This document shows positions 59,706-64,000 of a DNA stretch of 64,000 bases, in pieces. The stretch lies in assembly GCA_016214885.1 (NCBI GenBank), contig JACRMP010000005.1:6725-70724 (forward strand). Direction: 5' to 3'. A program made the translations under genes and the position numbers. The notes beneath the pieces are model-generated. The model had not been told where the DNA came from and searched no databases. It saw nothing but the letters and a program-made list of their open reading frames with translations. Origin of the DNA: Candidatus Gottesmanbacteria bacterium. Its GTDB lineage: Bacteria > Patescibacteriota > Microgenomatia > UBA10105 > UBA927. Position 1 is the first letter of the stretch; every line of letters begins with the position of its first letter.

Positions 59706-59915
59706 TTAGAGAAGGTCTTTTGGGGACACTTTGAGAGCCTTAGCTATTCCGTGGATGGTATCTATAGAAACATTTTGTTCCGCTCTTTCAATTGCTCCAA
59801 TATAAGTCCTATGGACACCTGCGCGAAATCCAAGCTCCTCTTGCGATATGCCGAGCTTCTTCCTGAGCTTCCTGATACGTTCTCCTAGTTGCTTTCGAGT
59901 TGGTGTAGCTTTCAT
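59706..59915 (-). CDS. XRE-family HTH regulator (RM controller C-protein-like)
   Basis: GERIRKLRKKLGISQEELG..HRTYIG.IER. Confidence 0.92.
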   Translation of the reverse strand: MKATPTRKQLGERIRKLRKKLGISQEELGFRAGVHRTYIGAIERAEQNVSIDTIHGIAKALKVSPKDLL

Positions 59916-59988
59916 CTACACCGAATCGTATTCAAATGAAGTCAATGACTCTACAGACAATAACTAGCATTTTAGCCTTATTTGTGAT

Positions 59989-60174
59989 ATGAAATTAGTT
60001 ATGAAGAACTTTCCGGATGTAGGCTCGCTCATAATCCTTACTTTAGTCTTTTGGCTTATTTTTTACTTCACCCACCTATTTTTACTAAGAATTGGTGGGC
60101 GTGGCTGGGAAGAGCTCGCTTATTCGTTGATTGCTGCCTGCGCAGCGCTCTGCTGGCCTCGTGCAAAAGAATAG
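59989..60174 (+). CDS. small membrane protein
   Basis: 61 aa with two hydrophobic segments, divergent from the XRE gene. Confidence 0.45.
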   Translation: MKLVMKNFPDVGSLIILTLVFWLIFYFTHLFLLRIGGRGWEELAYSLIAACAALCWPRAKE

Positions 60175-60266
60175 ATTTTGGTTGTTAGATAAGCCATGCT
60201 GAGACTTCGAGCAATATTTTTGATAGAATTGCGCCATACAACAACTCCCTTAGTCAAACACGTTTT

Positions 60267-62756
60267 ATGTCAAATAAAGGGTCACCAGTGTACTACAGCA
60301 TCAATGCCTCCGTTCGAACTCCGAAGGTAGCAATTCTTGTTTTTACAGAAGACCCATATTGGAAAGACACCATCTTACGTATTACAGAATGGTGTACTGG
60401 GGTTTGGGGCGGTGCGTACAACATTGTAATTCCCACAAATGGCAAATCCATCGATGAAAAATTTTGGAAAATACTTGAAAAATACGGCACTGATTATATT
60501 TTTGCCTATCGCACATCAATAGCAGATATCAAAAAATCCAACCCAAAAAAGTATGAAGAAATAGTAAAAAGGGAGAGTGACAGGCTTACGAAGCAGTTTC
60601 CTGACATGGGTCAAGCGCAAATTGATGAGTTTATTGAAAGAGAAGTTGAAATGTCTCCGCGACTACCGTCAGAGGTAAGCGAAGAACTATCCCAAGAGCT
60701 AAAACATCGGCTGTCTCCATTTTATTTTGAAGACCATATAGTACAAGAAAAAGTATCAAATAAAGCATACGTTCCTTTTCCTTTGACTGACATAACCAAA
60801 ATCATCAACCACACAGATGTGGTGAGAGTTGTGGTGCCAGAGTATTCGGGGAATAAAGATATTGAGCTACTCATCTATTCTGTGTTTGGCAAACCACCTG
60901 ACGCCTATGAGGAAACTCTCAAAAAAAATGGTATTCAGATTGAACACATGTCTCCTGAAATACCAGTCGAAGAACTTGTCGATATTTCTATAACACGCAA
61001 AGTGGATTTGGCAGACTATAGATTCAGAGAAGAACTTAGGAAAGAACTCCGTTCAAAAGGTAAAAAGCCTAAGTATCCATCTGAGGATTTTTTTGGCATC
61101 TCGCCGTCTGCAACCTCAATGCTCAAGCTTGGATACTATACCCTAAGGGACGATAGGAGTGACCTTGATGATGAAACAGTGTTATTGATTGTTGGTGACA
61201 CGATAGAAGATTTTTGTTTATATTTGAGCGTTTCAAAGTTGAACAAAAACGTTCATTGGATTCCCGTCAAATTTCTTATTGAAGCGAACGCGGCAATCAC
61301 AAAGAAAAAATTTGATAAAACAGAAGTGAGTATTGCATCAACGATTGCACATGCAGTATATGGAAAAATCAGATACGGAACATCACAAGGTAAAATACAC
61401 CTTTATAGTAATTCTTGTGACAGGACGCAGCTCGACGCCTATAAGGACATACTGGCGCACCTAATAGATGACAGCAGTCGCCACCAGATAGCAGTTGATT
61501 CAATTTTGATATGTGAGAATCTAGACGAACACCTGAAAGAGATACTTCACGTTATAGAAGAAAATAATTACGTAAACCAGCACACAGAAACTTTTGTGGA
61601 AGGTAAAAGTGTTGGCACAATCCCTACGCCTAAGCCAAAGAATTTCAAATTTGTGCATCCTGCAGAGCATCGCTGGATAACAGAGTTGACCATAGATGGA
61701 TACACTCCGCCACCCTTAGCCCTTCTGGGCGAAAGCATTATTATCACAGGAGTACAAACACATCCAACGCGTATTTCTCGGTATGGACTGTGCTACGTTT
61801 CCCCGAGCATAGGCTATTTTGGGGGAGATATTGACACGAACACCTTGCGACCAAAATTACAAATTGTTGAACCATTCAATATTTTCAAAGAGTATATCAA
61901 AGAGGCAGGATATGACGATTTGGTGATATCAGACAAAGGAGGCTATTCTTCTATCTCAACAGAAAAATTTGGCTCGCTCGATACAATAGGCGCTTTCCTT
62001 GCAGAGGAGAAAAATAGAAACCTTCTGGATAAGTTTAGGAATTCACCTTCAAATACTTCGGAGGGTGGGGAAATTATTGAACTGAACGGTAGAAATTATA
62101 TTGATTTTACCGCTATCGAGAAGACGCTTGGAACGAGAAGGGAGGCAATTGAAATTGTAGACGATTTTTTTGTAAAAGGGATATTTTATAGAGGCGTGCC
62201 TCTTCAGTGTAACGACTGTCGCAATTCGGAGTGGTACGCGTTGGACGAAATGGAGGCGAGTTTTATCTGCAAACGATGCGGCAGTAAGCAACTTATCAAA
62301 CATCGAAATTTACACGGGGCAAAAGAGCCACAGTGGTTTTATAAACTCGATGAGGTTGTTTATCAAGGTGTGGTTAGTAATATGCACGTGCCGCTTCTAA
62401 CGCTCTATCGTCTGAAAAAAAATTCAAAGAGTTTTCTTTATATCCCAGAATCAGATGTAATAAAAGGCGATGATAAAATTGAATTGGATGTATGCTGCAT
62501 TGTAGATGGAAGGATTATTATTGGTGAAGCCAAAAAGGATGCCATTAGGCAACGCGATATAACGAAATATTCTGATATCGCGAAAACACTCAAGAGATAT
62601 CCTGATGAGGTCATTTTTTCAACTTTTGCAGAGGACTGGTCAGAGCCAGTAAAGGCTTACATACAGCAAAATGTAAAAAACTCAAGCATCCTTGTTCGGA
62701 AAGACCTAGTTGTTGTGCCGCCCACTCAACCATCTGCAGCAGATACTGCTGTGTGA
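60267..62756 (+). CDS. large protein with zinc ribbon and C-terminal PD-(D/E)XK nuclease-like domain
   Basis: CNDC..CKRC; IELDV..IIIGEAK. Confidence 0.7.
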   Translation: MSNKGSPVYYSINASVRTPKVAILVFTEDPYWKDTILRITEWCTGVWGGAYNIVIPTNGKSIDEKFWKILEKYGTDYIFAYRTSIADIKKSNPKKYEEIVKRESDRLTKQFPDMGQAQIDEFIEREVEMSPRLPSEVSEELSQELKHRLSPFYFEDHIVQEKVSNKAYVPFPLTDITKIINHTDVVRVVVPEYSGNKDIELLIYSVFGKPPDAYEETLKKNGIQIEHMSPEIPVEELVDISITRKVDLADYRFREELRKELRSKGKKPKYPSEDFFGISPSATSMLKLGYYTLRDDRSDLDDETVLLIVGDTIEDFCLYLSVSKLNKNVHWIPVKFLIEANAAITKKKFDKTEVSIASTIAHAVYGKIRYGTSQGKIHLYSNSCDRTQLDAYKDILAHLIDDSSRHQIAVDSILICENLDEHLKEILHVIEENNYVNQHTETFVEGKSVGTIPTPKPKNFKFVHPAEHRWITELTIDGYTPPPLALLGESIIITGVQTHPTRISRYGLCYVSPSIGYFGGDIDTNTLRPKLQIVEPFNIFKEYIKEAGYDDLVISDKGGYSSISTEKFGSLDTIGAFLAEEKNRNLLDKFRNSPSNTSEGGEIIELNGRNYIDFTAIEKTLGTRREAIEIVDDFFVKGIFYRGVPLQCNDCRNSEWYALDEMEASFICKRCGSKQLIKHRNLHGAKEPQWFYKLDEVVYQGVVSNMHVPLLTLYRLKKNSKSFLYIPESDVIKGDDKIELDVCCIVDGRIIIGEAKKDAIRQRDITKYSDIAKTLKRYPDEVIFSTFAEDWSEPVKAYIQQNVKNSSILVRKDLVVVPPTQPSAADTAV

Positions 62757-62765
62757 AAAAATTAT

Positions 62766-63254
62766 ATGAATGCGCAAGAGTTTATTACGAAGTGGCGATG
62801 GCCAAAAGACCCAGATGGAACTCCTATGGTCGGCATTGTGGTTGTTTGGGACAAAATTCCCCTAGATAGCAAAATAATCACTTATTCTGGAGAAGAGGCA
62901 TGGAGTAAGATTTTAGCTTACGCGCCCCCGTGGCATAACGAAGGAGTAGTAAAACCTTTTAGTCAATGGATTGGAAGTAAAGGATTTTCTGACGAAGTGG
63001 AAAGCGAAAGGAAAGCAGGAAAACTCGATTACTACAATAATCATGGTTTGGAATATCCTTTCTTTTGTGTTTTTGCGACCAAAGACGGTTCTAAAGGAAT
63101 AATCGGTGATGGCAATCATCGGTTTGTGAACTGTAAATCTTTACAAGATAATGGAAAAGACCTGAGCACGGATATAGCTAGATGCACACTAGAAGTAATA
63201 TGTCTCGATAATTTGTCAGAAGTTATTCAGGACGCAGTTTTTCCTAATTACTAA
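62766..63254 (+). CDS. ParB/Srx-like domain protein
   Basis: IIGDGNHR motif; 9 nt downstream of the nuclease-like gene. Confidence 0.6.
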   Translation: MNAQEFITKWRWPKDPDGTPMVGIVVVWDKIPLDSKIITYSGEEAWSKILAYAPPWHNEGVVKPFSQWIGSKGFSDEVESERKAGKLDYYNNHGLEYPFFCVFATKDGSKGIIGDGNHRFVNCKSLQDNGKDLSTDIARCTLEVICLDNLSEVIQDAVFPNY

Positions 63255-63274
63255 AGCGAATTGCATCGCCTAGA

Positions 63275-63703
63275 TTACTCACAGTAGTAAAAAACTCCTC
63301 CGTAACTGATTTGTGTGCGAATATCAAAGCTATCATACTCTTCAACACATTCTCTAAATTTCTGATATCGGTCTTCCGCGTTTGCATAGTCGTAGTACCA
63401 TTCTTCAGCAGTTTGACCGTTATATTTGCCCAAGCTACCTACTGCGCCTAAGCCTTTGCTTCCAAGCCAAACCACAATTCCAATGGCTAATAAGGCCAAG
63501 CCAAGGTATAAAAGCGAAGAGAGGGTAGATTTGAACCAATTTCGTATCTGATTATTTGGAATGGTAATTAGAGCAAAAATCAGAAACATTACGCCGCCCA
63601 AATACCAGAAGATTTTGTAATAAAAGGCTGCTACTGCTAGAACGGAAAAGACCAAGAAATTTCCCCAAGTTGGCGCGAAGTCTTTATCCTCTTTTTGTTC
63701 CAT
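63275..63703 (-). CDS. hypothetical membrane protein
   Basis: 3 TMs plus short soluble C-terminus. Confidence 0.65.
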   Translation of the reverse strand: MEQKEDKDFAPTWGNFLVFSVLAVAAFYYKIFWYLGGVMFLIFALITIPNNQIRNWFKSTLSSLLYLGLALLAIGIVVWLGSKGLGAVGSLGKYNGQTAEEWYYDYANAEDRYQKFRECVEEYDSFDIRTQISYGGVFYYCE

Positions 63704-63902
63704 ATAGTTTCTTGGTCAGTCAAAAAGATTATATCAACAAACATGACTTTTGTACTAAAAGACGCTAGACTAAATAGGTTCTGAGGTCGCCCATCAGGTG
63801 GAGCAAGTACAAAAATGAGGCGCGATGCCTCTTTTTTGTACTCTTATTTCTGTCATAGACTTTAATTATTGTGAATCGGCGACGTTCTTGTTAAATTGAG
63901 TT

Positions 63903-64000
63903 ATGATCAAAAAATCTTTAGTTGCATTGTTTATTTTAACTTTACTTGTCGTACCTAAGGTGCAAGCAGAAGGCGGAAGTCCAATTGTGGCACTGAGAAC
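63903..64000 (+). CDS. secreted protein, N-terminal fragment
   Basis: MIKKSLVALFILTLLVVPKVQA signal peptide, open to window end. Confidence 0.55.
   Translation, partial: MIKKSLVALFILTLLVVPKVQAEGGSPIVALR

Larger units (their letters stand above)
56209..64000. mobile_element. integrated element at tRNA-Asn (phage-satellite/prophage-like), right end outside window
   Basis: Integrase abutting tRNA, visible shift to AT-rich sequence, terS, XRE regulator, accessory genes. Confidence 0.85.

Overview
Chromosomal window from a bacterium with a reduced, compact genome, inferred to be Patescibacteria/CPR (probably Microgenomates). The inference rests on the gene set (GT39/GT2/UbiA/WecA glycosylation cluster, VirD4-like ATPase, PEGA and VanW proteins, paired class A PBPs) and the very short intergenic regions. 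Positions 1-56130 are mostly housekeeping and envelope genes: UvrD-type helicase-nuclease, rmuC, metG, tatD, groESL with a CIRCE element, tsaD, idi, nrdR-nrdJ-pduO with tandem NrdR boxes, gapN and sod. From about 56209 to the window end, a more AT-rich element is integrated at tRNA-Asn. It carries a large serine recombinase, an RHH protein, a structured non-coding region, a lone terminase small subunit, an XRE/C-like regulator and candidate defence cargo. The strongest non-obvious signals are: (1) a complete Met-rich leader-peptide transcription attenuator upstream of metG; (2) a minimal GIY-YIG cassette inside a split and duplicated tRNA-Ile(UAU) gene, with a 47-bp palindrome; (3) a cobalamin riboswitch in front of an unknown 669-aa gene; (4) a phage-satellite-like island whose integrase C-terminus is encoded by the tRNA antisense strand. 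No rRNA or CRISPR array was seen. All calls come from reading the sequence and translations; no database search was run.
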